Shown here piece after piece: positions 46,652 through 60,250 of a stretch of 64,000 bases of DNA (position 1 is its first letter; each line of letters opens with the position of its first letter). Source of the DNA: Felis catus (Eukaryota); NCBI RefSeq assembly GCF_018350175.1, contig NC_058386.1, positions 126,976,001 to 127,040,000 on the forward strand. The letters run 5' to 3'. Below the pieces are notes generated by a model. That model saw nothing but the letters and a program-made list of their open reading frames with translations. It was not told where the DNA came from and ran no database searches. The translations under genes were made by a program, and so were the position numbers.

Positions 46652-49208
46652 TGGTCATTAAGAAGCTTTCGTGCTTTTACAGGTGCTGGGACTTCCAGGC
46701 CAGGCTCCTCTGTCTCCTGCCTAAGGAGATTTCACAGGTTTTCTTCCTGGTGACTCTCTCCCAGTTCACATATTTACCTGTGAGAGCAAATTGTTTGCTT
46801 CATCAGAATTTCTTTCCATTTTTCCTTTTGAGTGGCTTTTATTGGAAAAATTAGAAATTTCTAATGTTCCTGCTCTTAAATGCCAGACGATCCCAGTGTC
46901 AAGTATTGTGACAGTGATCTCTGTGGGGCAGTTCCCTCCTCCTTCCTTTCATTCCCCCATTGCCCCTCTCCAGTCTGCTCTGCCCACCTCCCCTCACCCC
47001 AGGTTTTCCATGATTTAATTTCCAGGCCCTTGACTATCTTAGTCTCTATTCATTGGAGTTGAGGCTGCCTCTCAAAAAAAAAATGCATTGCTGAAAACTG
47101 AATGCAATATTCCATGCTAAATATAACCAAAAGTAATCAAATGGGAAATTTTCTTCCTATGATCAGGACTTCATATGTCCGCTATAGCAACTTAAATTTG
47201 CATCAATGGCTTTTAGTAATTCATTGGGTTTTTTTTTTTATTAAGTTTATGTTGTCAATTAAAAAGTAACTTTTAAAACTAGGTGGTTCATATGCATAGT
47301 ATAAACTTTCAAAGGTACAAAAACGTGTGAAAAGTAAGTATTTCTCTCCAATGTCTATGTCCCAGTACCCTCATGGTCTGTCCCTGGACATAACCAGGGT
47401 TATCAGGTTTTCATGTATCCTTACAGGTAAATTCTGAGCATACAGAAGCATACATGAATATTTTCTTTTTTTAAAAAAAAACTATTTAACACACACACAT
47501 ATATATAATTATATATAATAAATGTTATATATTATATATATTATATACTATCTATAAATGGTAACATAATGATATATCATATGTATATTATATATATATG
47601 ATAGCTCATGACATTGCATAACAACATATCTAGACAATCGTTTACATCACTATATAGAGATACCTCATTCCGTTGTGTGTAAATTGTAGCCCCGGGTGAC
47701 TTTTCTGGCCTCACACACATGTTTAGGCTCTCTGTAACCTGCTGGGCAGCACTGTAACCTTGCACACACTGCATTTCACAGACATGCACATGTACATGTA
47801 TGATGGAGTCCTAGAGGATTTCCCCTCCAGCAGTGTGCGAGAGTGCCTGTTTCCCTGAACCTTCACAAACACTGTGGGTTATCAGAGCTTTTTGTTTTTG
47901 TGCTGCCAGGGCACAGTACTTGTGTTAAGGAAATTAGCTTTTTGTGATAAGGATACTGATTTTTCTCAGCTTATTCATGATGTATGTATATTTCTCCAAT
48001 CAAATTGTTTTTGCCTTTTTATATAATCAGATGTATCAATCTCTTACATACGTTTTGCAATCTTTTTTTAAACTCTATTTTGAAATAATTATAGATTCGT
48101 GGTAGGTTGCAAAAATAGTATAGAAAGGTCTTTGTACCCTTCACCCAGTTTCCTCCAAACACTACCAGAAAACTGACATTGATACAATGGGTGTCATTCT
48201 ATGCCATTTTGTCACGTGTGTAAATATATGTGACCACCACAGTAGTCAAAATGCCGACTTGTTCCATCACCATATAGATTTGTCTCATGCTCCCTGTGTA
48301 TAAGTCATGCTCACCCCATCAAGCTTTGGCTCCAACTCCTGTTCTCCATCTCCCAGAACACAAGTGTATAAAAGTGTTTATAATTGTGCTTATATATTAT
48401 AAGTTTGAGATACACTCCCAAGATGGGGGGGCGGTGACTGGATACACTGTTGCATGTTACTGCATGCATTGACATTACAATGTAATTACAATGTAATTGA
48501 CATTACAGTGACTCTCTGTTAAGAATTTACTAAACATCTTGTGTGCTCTTCACTGCTGTTGGAGGCGGAATTCCCTCAATGTGCAGTTGAAAAAAATGGG
48601 TTTAGAGAAGTTAAGTAACCTCTTTTTGCATCTAAAAATAAAAATATATATATTTAAAAAGTATTCTTTCTCAGATTTTTGTTGTATAGAAAGGATTATT
48701 TTGTTTTAACATAGTGATTTGCAGGAAAACAAATCAGCATTTTGTAAGATAGCAAAGCAGCAGCAGAAAGGGACAGTGTCTTATTTCTAAGTTGAGTTCT
48801 TGTATCAAATTAGAGCACCAGATAGAGTTATGGGAAATTTTTGTCTCTAGGACAAAGGAGGAAAATATTCTCTTGCAGTATATTTCTTGACACATGAGGA
48901 GACCAAAGTAGGGGTCTTTGTTCATTTGGTCTCTGAAACCACCCTAATTGCTATTGTTGATACTGGCAGGCTGCCAGAGACAAATCAAATGAGTTTTTAA
49001 AACCTTGTATTTCTTTTTCAAAAATGTGAGTATGATGGAGCTAGAGAGAGGATTGAAGATTTGCTCACCTTGATAATATGAGTTCCAAAGATTTAGATAA
49101 GCTACTTTTCAGATAGCACAGTGATAAGTATTTGAGTGATCAAACATTAGTAAGTTGGATTAAGAGGATGTAACTATTTACAGTAATGGAAGCCAAATAG
49201 AGTCTAGT

Positions 49209-50402
49209 TTTATTTTTTATTTATTTATATTTTTAAAGTTTATTTATTTTGGGGAGAGATAGTGCATGCACGCAAATTTGGGAAGGGCACAGGGAGGGAG
49301 AGAGAGTTTCCCAAGCAGGTTCCACGCTGTCAGCAAGGTCATGACCTGAGCCAAAATCAAGAGTCGGAACTTAACCAACTGAGCCACCCAGGTGCTCCTT
49401 ATTTATTTACTTTATTTATTTATTAAAAATTTTTTAATGTTTATTCATTTTTTGGGAGACAGAGACAGAACACAAGCAGGGGAGGGGCAGAGACAGAGGG
49501 AGACACAGAATCCGAAGCAGGTTCCAGGTTCTGAGCTGTCAGCACAGAGCCCAATGCAGGGCTAGAACTCAGACTGCAAGATCATGACCTGAGCTGAAGT
49601 CAGATGCTCAACCGACTGAGCCACCCAGGCGCCCGTTTATGTACTTATTTTTTTTAACAATTTTTTAAAATGTTTATTTTTTTGAGAGAGAGCGAGAGAC
49701 AGAGCTCGAGATGGGAATGGCAGAGAGAGAGGGAGACACAGAATCTGAAGCAGGCTCCAGGCTCTGAGCTGTCAGCACAGAGCCCAATGCCGGGCTCGAA
49801 CTCACAGACTGTGAGATCATGACCTGAGCCAAAGTCGGATGCTCAACCGACTGAGCCACCCAGGTGCCCCTTATGTACTTCTTTTTAAAGTAATCTGTAC
49901 ACTTGACTTGGGGCTTGAACTCACAACCCTGAGATCAAGAGTTGTGTGCTCTAGGGACTGAGCCAGCCAGGTGCCCCAAATTGATTCTATTTTTAAAGTT
50001 TATTTATTTATTTTTGAGAGAGGGAGAGTGAGGGTGCAGGGGAGGGGCAAAGACAGGGAGAGAGAATCCCAAGCAGGCTCCATCCATGCTGTCAGTCCAG
50101 AGCCCAATGCAGGGCTTGAACTCACAAACTGTGAGACCATGATCTGAGCCAAAATCAAGAGTTGGACGCTTAACTGACTGAACTACCTAGGTGCCCCAAT
50201 TCTATTTTTTTTAAGTTTATTTATTTATTTTGAGTGAGAGCGCAGGAGGGGCCAAGAGAGAGGGATAGAGAGAATCCCAAGCAGGCTCCCCGCTGTCAGT
50301 GTAGAGCCCAACGCAGGGCTCAAACTCCCAAACCGTGAGGTGATGACCTGAGCCAAAATCAAGAGTCGGACAGTCAACCAATGGAGCCAGCCAGGTGCCC
50401 CC
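49209..50402 (-). mobile_element. Stack of six tandem CanSINEs in BRCC3 intron 4
   Basis: Heads end at ~49398, 49634, 49870, 49978, 50197 and 50402, all minus strand. Confidence 0.9.
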
Positions 50403-50565
50403 TGATTCTATTTAAAAAAAAAAAATACTTTTGGCTTTAAACGGGAGGTCTGGGAAATTCTGGGCATTGACCTTATTTCATTCTTTTATTGATATTAAAT
50501 TGGACTAGGTTTATTTTAAACCTCAGAATGCTTTCTGAGCCCATAAGCATCACAAATTTTGTTCC

Positions 50566-50705
50566 NNNNNNNNNNNNNNNNNNNNNNNNNNNNNNNNNNN
50601 NNNNNNNNNNNNNNNNNNNNNNNNNNNNNNNNNNNNNNNNNNNNNNNNNNNNNNNNNNNNNNNNNNNNNNNNNNNNNNNNNNNNNNNNNNNNNNNNNNNN
50701 NNNNN
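50566..50705. other. Assembly gap (140 N), expected to contain BRCC3 exon 5 (88 nt, JAMM motif)
   Basis: Exon 5 peptide (RLAELTGRPMRVVGWYHSHPHITVWPSHV) not found elsewhere between exons 4 and 6; gap starts after ...tttgttcc, the start of a U12 branch site TTCCTTRAC. Confidence 0.85.
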
Positions 50706-51225
50706 GTTTATTATCTTTAGCAATCAGTATCATCTTTCCTTCTCCATTACATGAACTACAGTTATTTTAAACCATACTTTATCCTTAAACAGCTGCCCTT
50801 GTCCATGACCCTGGGATCATAACGTGAGCCCAAATCAAGAGTCAGATGCTCAACTGACTGAGCCACCCAGGCACCCTGTCATATTGTTTTTAGTAGAGCT
50901 AAAATTTCAGTACTCCATTTTGACTGTATTCATGAAACCACAACTAACTAAAACCTGACAATTGGCTGATACCTCAAAAAGTTTAAATTGTAACTGAAAA
51001 TTGCTGATTGCTGAATACCACTGTCCAGTACCCTCCCATTTGGAATACTCAAAGGTGTCAGGTGTGAAAGCTACAAAATTGAGGTTTAACACATATTCCA
51101 TCCTAGCTGTTGGGGCTCTCAACCTACCTCCTCATCCCTCTAATCAGTGTAATGTAACAAAATTCTTATCTCTTTTTTTTACTGCTTTTCCTGAGTCATG
51201 GTGATTTTTGGTGTCTACCTGACTC

Positions 51226-51271
51226 TTTTTTTTAAGGTTTTATTTATTTATTTTTAGGTGGGGGGAAGGAG

Positions 51272-51322
<51 letters not shown>

Positions 51323-51454
51323 ATGAATCCCAAGCAGGCTCCACGCTGTCAGATCAGAGCCTGACATGGGGCTCGAGCCCACAAACCATGAGATCATGAC
51401 CTGAGCCAAAATCAAGAGCTGGACAGTGAACCGACTAAGCAACCCAGGTGCCCC
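51226..51454 (-). mobile_element. CanSINE with (GA)n
   Basis: Full-length copy. Confidence 0.9.
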
Positions 51455-52818
51455 AAAGGTTGTTTTCATAGCTATAAATGTAGTCCTGTAAAACCATAAT
51501 ATCACTGAATAAATTCAGTGTTTGATTTTATCTAACTTCTACTCAAAAATAATTGCTATTTTCCTGCCACCCATTAACACTAAAATCAGATTTGCTTCTA
51601 ATTTCTCCCATGGTAGTACCATCAGCCAGAAAGGAAGAAGTACCAACCATTAATGAAGGAAAGGTTAGAGAGTATATATTCCTGAACAATATTGTCACTA
51701 TGGTAATAAGTTGGAATGGAAAATTTTCTGGTAAAAAAAGAAACTCTAAGAGCTTAGGAAAAAAACTATCAGTCTCTGAACTGGAACACCCATTCAGAGA
51801 CTGATTGAGTTTTCCCCTCAGGGGCAACAGATCCAAGCTGTTAAACAAGAACCTAGGGAGGCATTTGCAATGTAGCAGTAAGAGCAGTAGGGCAAGTGAC
51901 ATCTTTACAAAAGGCAGTTAGGAAAACAAGGGTATTGCAGAATGTAACTGAACAAAAGAATCAGCTAAATAGTGAAAATGACTAAGGAACCAAATGAAAA
52001 GAATTTAACACAAAGTAAATTTGGAGACTAGAGCATTGAGATCTTATCTTGAAAATAATATCTAACTGGGTAAGAAAAAGGAATAAATAACAAAATGGAA
52101 TAAAGTCTATGCTCAACGTTGCTTTTAAGGGTGTTAATTTTCTTTCTAAACTGCAGATGGGAAGGTCAGAGAGTTATCACACCAGGAGAGTTGGGAACAG
52201 CAGCTTTGGATTCTGTTAGGGGGCAGGTCTGTTAGACTCTCATTTCAGTCACTAGTTGAGAGACTAGTTAAGAGATCTTCCCTGTGCCACAGTTTCGTCA
52301 CTACAGAAAAGGTGAACGTGTTATCAGAGTAGTATATGAAATCATGTATAAGTCATTCTGTCCCATGCTCAGCACAATAACAAAGATACCAAAGCATTTA
52401 TCCATAGAACTCAACATGGAGAGAGCATGAGTAAATATTTAAAGTTGAATGGCAGACACCATTGGAAGGATTAACAAGAACATTGAGGTCACAAAACTAT
52501 AGGTAAAATTAAAGAAAAAAATCATCTCCCAACTAAACTGGTGTTCACAATGACTAGATTGTTGTGTAATTCCAGAGCCTAAGGAATTGTGTAGATACAA
52601 AGATGTATAGGTCATCTCCAAATGGTTGTGCAAGAATTAAGTCAAGCAGGTGTCCTGTGTTAGCAAGTCCTGGAAAAAAATGAGTGATGATTTAAAGTAT
52701 GTATAGTAAGTATGTTTAGTGGGAAAAATATTCCAAGCTACATTCAAGAATGACAAGTGAGAAGGAGTGAAATGAAAATATTTTTTCGTTAAGAGGTAGA
52801 GAGAGGGAGGTGACAATG

Positions 52819-52849
<31 letters not shown>

Positions 52850-53083
52850 AAGAATTTTAATGTGTTTTATGATAAGGTAGTATAATTAAAGTTCCAGTAG
52901 GTTAGAATGGTTATTACATAAATGATTATTCAACAAATTTATAGGATACCTGAATGGAACAATATAGTGACAGTTTCTGCTGGTTTGGGCCTTATGATTT
53001 TGTGGGGAAAAAACAAAGTACTAAAGGGGAAACAAAGAGTAACAACAATAAAGAAGAAATCTAGAACATTTGTACCAGCAAAG

Positions 53084-53259
53084 TTTTAAAAATGTTTATT
53101 TATTTTGAGAGAGAGAGCAGGAAAGGGGCAGAGAGAGAGTCCTAAGCAGGCTCTGAGCTATCAGCGCACAGCCTGACGTGGGGCTCAATCTCACAAACCA
53201 TGAGATTATGAACTGAGCCAAAGTTGGACAATTAACCGACTGAGCCACCCAGGTGCCCC
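53084..53259 (-). mobile_element. CanSINE
   Basis: Full-length copy. Confidence 0.88.
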
Positions 53260-53648
53260 AATACCTAATGTTTTGTATCCTTCATAAGAATTATGCCTGT
53301 AAGAATTTCCTCCAGAATAGTTCTACACTTCCATTCTTTATTGTCAAGTCTAATACATTCACTTCCCTAGAAGATGTCCATCAAAAGGATTATTGCAGGA
53401 GACTTTGCCTTTTTCCGGGGCTTTTCTTTCTCTCTGAGTCCCCTGGAAGAGATTATCAACTTTTAGGGGGCTAATTGAAGAGTCATTAATCTAATTTCTC
53501 TTATTTAATTGCAAACTTCCTAGAGTACTCTTCACTCACCTAGTAAAGTGTTCTGAATCTTGAGAGGACTGTGTGCTACCATTATCTTTAAATCTTCATA
53601 TTTGTGAGATACAGCTTATTGACAGCAGATTTTTATCTTTATTCGCAG

Positions 53649-53737
53649 ATGTTCGCACACAAGCTATGTACCAGATGATGGATCAAGGCTTTGTAGGACT
53701 TATTTTTTCCTGCTTCATAGAAGATAAAAACACAAAG
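53649..53737 (+). CDS. BRCC3: BRCC3 exon 6
   Basis: TTCGCAG| (D)VRTQAMYQMMDQGFVGLIFSCFIEDKNTK |GTATTG; 89 nt. Confidence 0.97.
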
Positions 53738-53739
53738 GT

Positions 53740-53741
<2 letters not shown>

Positions 53742-53782
<41 letters not shown>

Positions 53783-53813
53783 AAGTGTGTGTGTAAAAAC
53801 ACACACACACACA
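53742..53813. repeat. Compound (TG)n / (CA)n microsatellite directly after BRCC3 exon 6 donor
   Basis: (TG)~19 gcaa (GT)5 aaaa (AC)7. Confidence 0.95.
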
Positions 53814-53819
53814 GAATAG

Positions 53820-54560
53820 AGAAAAATCTTTTTGCAATTTCAATAGGGTGGCCAGGGAAGGTTTCAATGAGAAGGGTCATTGAGTCAGGACCTGAAGAAA
53901 GTGAGGGAGCAAGTCTTGTGGATTTCTTGGGGGAAGAGCGTTCCAGGCAGAGGAAATAGCCAGTGCAAAGACCCTGAGGTGAGTGCGGCATGTTCAGGGG
54001 ACATCAAGGAAGTCAGTGTGTCTGCAGCAGAGTGAGGAAGACCGTGACCATATGTTCCAGTTTGCCTCTGTCAGTCCCAGTTTTACCCCACGATCCCAGT
54101 CTCCTATTTAGTTCACACCTTTCCTTCTTGGAAGTGTCCTGGTTTGGATAGTGACTCATTTGGTCATTCTGCAATGAAGTCTGAAAGATAACGGGGCCGG
54201 ATCTTAAGAGGCCTTTGATTTCACTCTGATTTGGGAAGCCACTAGGGGGTGACTTTATGTTGTAATGGGATCTCTCTGGCTACTGTGTTGATAGTCGACT
54301 GGACGGTGGGTGCGGGCGGTGCACGGGGAGGGAGGGAGTGTGGAATCCATGACGTCCATGAGACCAGGTAGGAAGATGCTGTAGTAGTCTAGGCAAGAGG
54401 TGATGGAGGTTTGCCCATGGGGGTAGGAGTGGAGGTAATGAAAAAGAGCCAGATTCTGCAAACATTTCCATGGCTAATAATAGTAACAAATGTTGCCATT
54501 TATCACCTATTGTATGGTGCCTGCTTATTAGGTGTTTCACATAAACATGCTCTAACCTTG
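53820..54560 (-). mobile_element. L2 relic interrupted by a MER81-like piece (~54045-54150)
   Basis: gggtggccagggaagg...ttccaggcagaggaaatagccagtgcaaagaccctgagg; gtgaccatatgttccagtttgcc...gtccc. Confidence 0.6.
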
Positions 54561-55254
54561 ACAATAGGTCTGTGAGGACTATTATGTGTATGGATGAGCC
54601 AAGCTCAGAGAAGCTCAGTCAGTGGCTAGTCTTGCTAGTCTGTCTAGAGTGTTTCTTTTTGAATTTTACATTTGTAGGCTTGACCATGTGTCAGTTCAAA
54701 CAAAAAGAAAATTACTATTTAATATTGTAGGAATGAATTTTGCCAAGACTATCAAATGTGTTGTGTCCTTTAGTATATAATTACATTGTCAGAATCTGTA
54801 TTAATAATGAATATTCTTCATAAAATCACTCTTTTCCAGAAACATTAAAGTAACTTGAACTTTATACTTCATATGAAATGACTTTGGCTTTGTCATCATA
54901 AATTTATTTGTTGTCATTATAAATAGTTGAATAAGTTTGTCAGCTTCCAACAAAGCAGTTTGAGTGCTCTAGTTTTCCGTTTCTTGGTTCTCATGTTTAT
55001 AAGTAGTTCTCTGCTGTCACATGAATGCATGTTCATGTTGACTGAGTACACGATCCTGTATAGAAATTGATCGATGGCATATTCCATCTTCGGAAAGCCG
55101 TTTAACGCTCCTCTTCTGAGGGTCTGTAGATACCGCTCATGTAAGGATAGGAGTTTTAGGTTTGAATCTACTAAATTGCTATACCTGTTTCAATATTAAT
55201 CCTTTTCTGTGTGATCTTTCTGTTTCTTTCTCTTCCTTTTTCTTTTGTTTTTAG

Positions 55255-55310
55255 ACTGGCCGGGTACTCTACACTTGCTTTCAATCCATACAGGCCCAAA
55301 AGAGCTCAGA
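55255..55310 (+). CDS. BRCC3: BRCC3 exon 7
   Basis: Long pyrimidine tract TTTTAG| TGRVLYTCFQSIQAQKSS(E) |GTAAGT; 56 nt. Later exons lie beyond the window. Confidence 0.96.
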
Positions 55311-58280
55311 GTAAGTATGACAAACATGTATGTATGTATTGGTGGGTTCATTTTCATTCCAGGGAATTGATTGTTTAGTTTAATTTTATTTCTCTCACTA
55401 ATAAGACACTAATAATTCTATAAATCTACTTATACCCCTTAACATCTCTGTGAGGTGTTAGAATCTCTTTAGCATCTTGGATTTTAGGGATCTAGAATGC
55501 TAGGATCATATAAAAAGTCTGTTCATTGCAATTACATCATGAGAGCCCTGTCCCACTTTTCCTTTCCTGAAGTTATTCGAAAATGAGTTACTACTTTTCC
55601 TTCCTCTTGTAAATTGTAAAACAAAGACTGAGTATGCAAACTATTATAGATTTCTTGTCTTTGCTGTGCCATAAACTTGCTTTCAGAATTACAGTATTTT
55701 ATTTAAATGCTTGCATAGGTTAGTTCCTCATTTCAATTCAATTCAGCCTGAATTAGCAAATCTTAATACAATATGTACTATATGCCAAGGACCATGGTAC
55801 AGACTGAGGATGCAGAGATGGAAGCCAAGTTCATCATCTAATTGGGAGACAGAAGTAGACAGTCTTACATTTTTTTCTTATATTTGTCAATGTGTCGTTA
55901 TAGCATTGTTTGAAAGAGCAAAGAATTGGAAAAAGTAGATGTGAGTACGGAACCAAGGAAATAAATTATGATTCATCTAAATAATGGAATAATAAGCCAT
56001 TAACAAATATGAGGAAGGTCAGGAGTAATACAGAAATATCTGCAATATACATTGTTAAATAAAAAAGATAAGGTACAAGAATAGCATGGAGAGCCTGCCA
56101 CTATTTGTGTAAGGGTATGGGAGAGGAGTATATATACACCAGCGCACTTGCTTGTAAATATATCAGATATCTGGAAGGAAACATGTCAGTCACCTCAGCA
56201 AAGAGGAAGTGGGAATGAAGGAGACTTCACTGGACCCTTCACTTAGCATACAGAAGTGTTACTTAGTCAAGAAAATTTAATTACAATTTTTTTATCAAAG
56301 TAATAGATGCATATGCATAAAAATATCAAATGGTACGGAAGAACATAATAGTCTCCCTCCTCAGAAGGAGCCACTGTCTCCTAATTTTGTTTTTAGTCTT
56401 GATGTTTGCTTTGATATATCTAAATAATATGCTTTTCATACTCTTTCTTGATTTATTACTATTAGATATTATCTGTTCTTATTAAGTTATCTTGCAGTCA
56501 CAAGTGAGGATTTAGCCCCATTTCCATTTTCCCCCAATGTAGTCATATTACTACTTTTTGTTCTGTTGGTTACTTTTCTAATCATGAAGTTTGTCCCTTT
56601 ATTTATTCTGTCAACAATAGACAATATCTTTTGGCTCCCTATTGTTACTTGTAGTTTTACCATAAACCTTTGTATTTTCACAGTTGCAAACATCTATGTT
56701 CTGTGTTGTAACCATAATTGCATTTTCTGTGCTTTCTCTACTGTTGACTCTAAGAGTATAAAATAAAGTGTCTATATTATTATGATTATGTAAATATTCT
56801 TCCATGTACAACCAAGAAATGCAAAGCAGTATGATTCCATTTCCTTTCTTGTATAGTTTTTTGCTTTTTCATGGAGTTTTGAACGGCTTCCCTCCTAATT
56901 TTTCTGCCTTTAACACCTCACTGAGTTCCAATTTGTTAGGACTAATATAAAAATCTTTGGAATCCCTGCTTTTGCTAGGATTATTCCCTGAAGCCCTCCA
57001 TCTTCCTACCTTAGCCAAGGCTTATCCTGGGACTTTTGTTCATTATTCTCCTTGGTGAGATCCATTGTTGTCTGGATTTCATGTCATCTTTCTTGGTTCA
57101 CTCTTTCTAAGAAAGGTATGCATTTGAGTCTTTTACCAGTGTAACGCTTGTTGTTTTACAGGGGACTTTTTTTTTTCTCTGACAGCTTTTAGGAGCTTCT
57201 GTATTCTTGATGTTGTGGAATTTTCTGTGATATATCCAGAGTGTGGATATTCTGTGATTCAAACTGTTGGACACTGTCAGTCAGACAGTACTTGTCCTGC
57301 CAGTAGGGGAAGTTCTCTGCTATTGTTTTCTTTTGTATCCCCAGATATAACCATGTATACCCAGTTCCTGGGAGGAGAAAATACTATTTACAATTCAGTG
57401 CCATCCCATAATTTAAAATTTCTTCAAGTGTAAATCAGTCTTTGGGGGATAATTTCTCATTCTTTCAGTTACTTCTCTTTCTCTCCATTTTGACTCTAGA
57501 TGGCATTTAAAGTATTGGGAAAGAGAAGTAAATGCACTTATGCTATAGGGAAAGGAGACTTCCTGGTCTCATACTGGTTTTGGGAATCAGGGCATGAGTC
57601 CTTCTATTCATGATTAATGTTCACCTTCATTTATGCAATGTATTCCTCCTCTCTCATGGACTTGAAGCCCCAACATAAGGAGATACCTTAACAGCTTCCT
57701 CTCCTATGACTTCCTCTCTCTATTCTTTGATAATTCCTTCCCCTATTAGTCAGATATTAAAGCTCCTAGATTGTCAAAAGAACTCTTTTAACTCCTATTT
57801 TCTGTCTCTTTTTTTGTTGTTCTGATTTCTCAGGTATATTTGCGATTTTATCTTCCAACCCTTGCATTTTAGCAATTTAATATTTTTAACTTCTGAGCGA
57901 TTTTTCTTTAGTGGTTATTCCTATTTCACAGTATCCTATTCTTGCTTTATTGATATATTGAAATGTTAAATTTTCTTCTGTTTTTTTTTGTTTTTTCAGT
58001 TTCTGTTTATTTTTTATTATATTTGATATATTCTATAAACATTTTATGATTTATATTTTTGTATCTTGCTTTTCATCCTCTTTTAATAACAAGGCAACAT
58101 AACATGAGTGATAGCTCATTATTTGTGGCCTTAGCTTGTCAACAGGAAGCTTCATTTTAGGGTGAGTGGGTTTAGAGCCAGCCATTTTTCTGGTGGATCA
58201 CTTTTAGGTATCTTGCTCTGGGATATCAATTTTAACAATTACCACAATCCCAGACAGTTTCTTCTATTAGGATAATTCTT

Positions 58281-58332
58281 GCTGCTGCTGCTGCTGCTGC
58301 TGCTATTGCTGCTAATGATGATGATGATGATT
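58281..58332. repeat. Compound (GCT)8 / (GAT)n trinucleotide repeat
   Basis: (GCT)8 attgctgcta atgatgatgatgatgat. Confidence 0.9.
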
Positions 58333-60250
58333 TTGGCTTAAGAATGGAAGCCTACTTACTAGGTATTTTGTGTATACTGAGTCCCAATTGTGGAAGAGCA
58401 CAAAAGGGGAGTAACTAGAGTCCCAAATTTCTGGCAGGAAGACCAAAAGGGTAGCTTCCAGGAAATTACACAAAGGTAGGAGTATGTTAAAGCCAACTTC
58501 ATAAAGTTGTTTATAAATTTCTGGGCCCACTCGTGAGCCATGTGTGCATGGACCTGATCTTAATTAGCATAAATGAAAACTGGATTAACTGGTAGACCAC
58601 CACATTGGTCCCATGCTAACCACTGGGTGGCAAACATGCAGGAAAGACCTGAAGAGCACTAGAAAGGCTCTGAAAATTGAACTGACATTGGAACCACAGC
58701 CCACTGTGTAAATTTCAACCCGAACTTAACTAGGCAGGTACCCTGCTAAAACAAAGACAACATTCTCTGTAGACTATAAACAAGACCCAGTGTATCATTT
58801 AAAAAATATTCAAAATACGCAGGATGCAATTCAGAATTATTTGGCATGTGAAGAACCACAAAAGCCTCAACTTGCATGGAAAATGATAATCAACAGATGT
58901 CAACACTGAGATGACAGTGATGTAGGATTGATCTGGTAAACACTTGAAAGCAACTAGTATAAAAATGTTTTTGAAAATCACAACTTCTGCAACAAATGTT
59001 TAAGTAGAAAGTCTCAGCAAACAAATGCAAGACCTAAAGAAGCAAGCAGTCACTGAAATATAAGACTCACTGGATGCACTTGATAGCACAATGGAGATGA
59101 TAGAGGAAAGAGTAAACATTGATGATAGATCAGTAGAAACTATCCAATCTGAATAAGAGAAGAAAAAGATATTGACTAAAGTGAATAGAGAGAATGATAG
59201 CAACAAAAATGGCAGAGTAGGAAACTTCAAATGTTCTCCACGAAAGCAGCAAATAATCTGGCCAAAGCTGTCAGAATCAACTTTATTGGAACTGTAGAAA
59301 CTAATCAAAGCTTTATAGGAACCAGGCAAATGCTTAAGGAAAAACATCACAGTCTCACATTTAAGGAAATCTCTGTTGAGTCACTCGATGTCCACTAAGC
59401 TAACAGGACAGAAGTCTCAGTGGCTACACATAACAAAGATCGTGTAAAATTACTTCAAGAAAGTTATTAAACACACAAAATAAGATAAAATAAGCAGCAA
59501 CAATAAACCCTGGGGAGGGTGTAGAATCTGATTTCCACAGTTACCACATTATAATATTCAAAACGTCCAGTTTTAAAAACAAAAGCATTCAAAGAAACAA
59601 ATTTTGGGCCATAAACAGGAAAAAAGGAATTAATAAAAACATTCCTGAAGGAAACCCAGACATTAGATTTACTAGACAAAAAGATTTTTAATCAACTGTT
59701 TAAAATATCGTCAAAAAGCTAAAAGGAAACCATGTACAAAGAACTAAAGGAAACCATGAGAATGTCAGAGGATATCAAACAGAATATTGATGATGAGATA
59801 AATTATAAAGAGGAACCAAATAGGAATTCTGGAATGAGAAGTACAATAACTGAAATGAAAAATTCAATAGGTTCAATAGCAGATTTGAGAAGACAAAAAG
59901 AAAGAATCGAGATTACTGTCTGAGGAGCAGAAAGTAAAAAGAATGAAGAAAATTGAACAGAGCCTAAGAGACCCACGGGACACCTTAAAACATTATCAAT
60001 ATACTCAAATAGGAGTCTCAGAACAAGATGAGAGAAAGGAGCATAAAATATATATGAATGAATAATGGTCAAAAACTTCCCAAATTTAATAAAAAGCATG
60101 AATCTACACACTTAAGAGTCTCAAAGGATTCCAAACAGGAAAAACTCAAGGAGATTGACATTGAGACATTATAATCAAAGTGTTGGAAGCCAAAGGCAAA
60201 GAGAGAATCTGGAAAGCAAGAGAAGTGACTCTTACATACAAGGGATTCTT

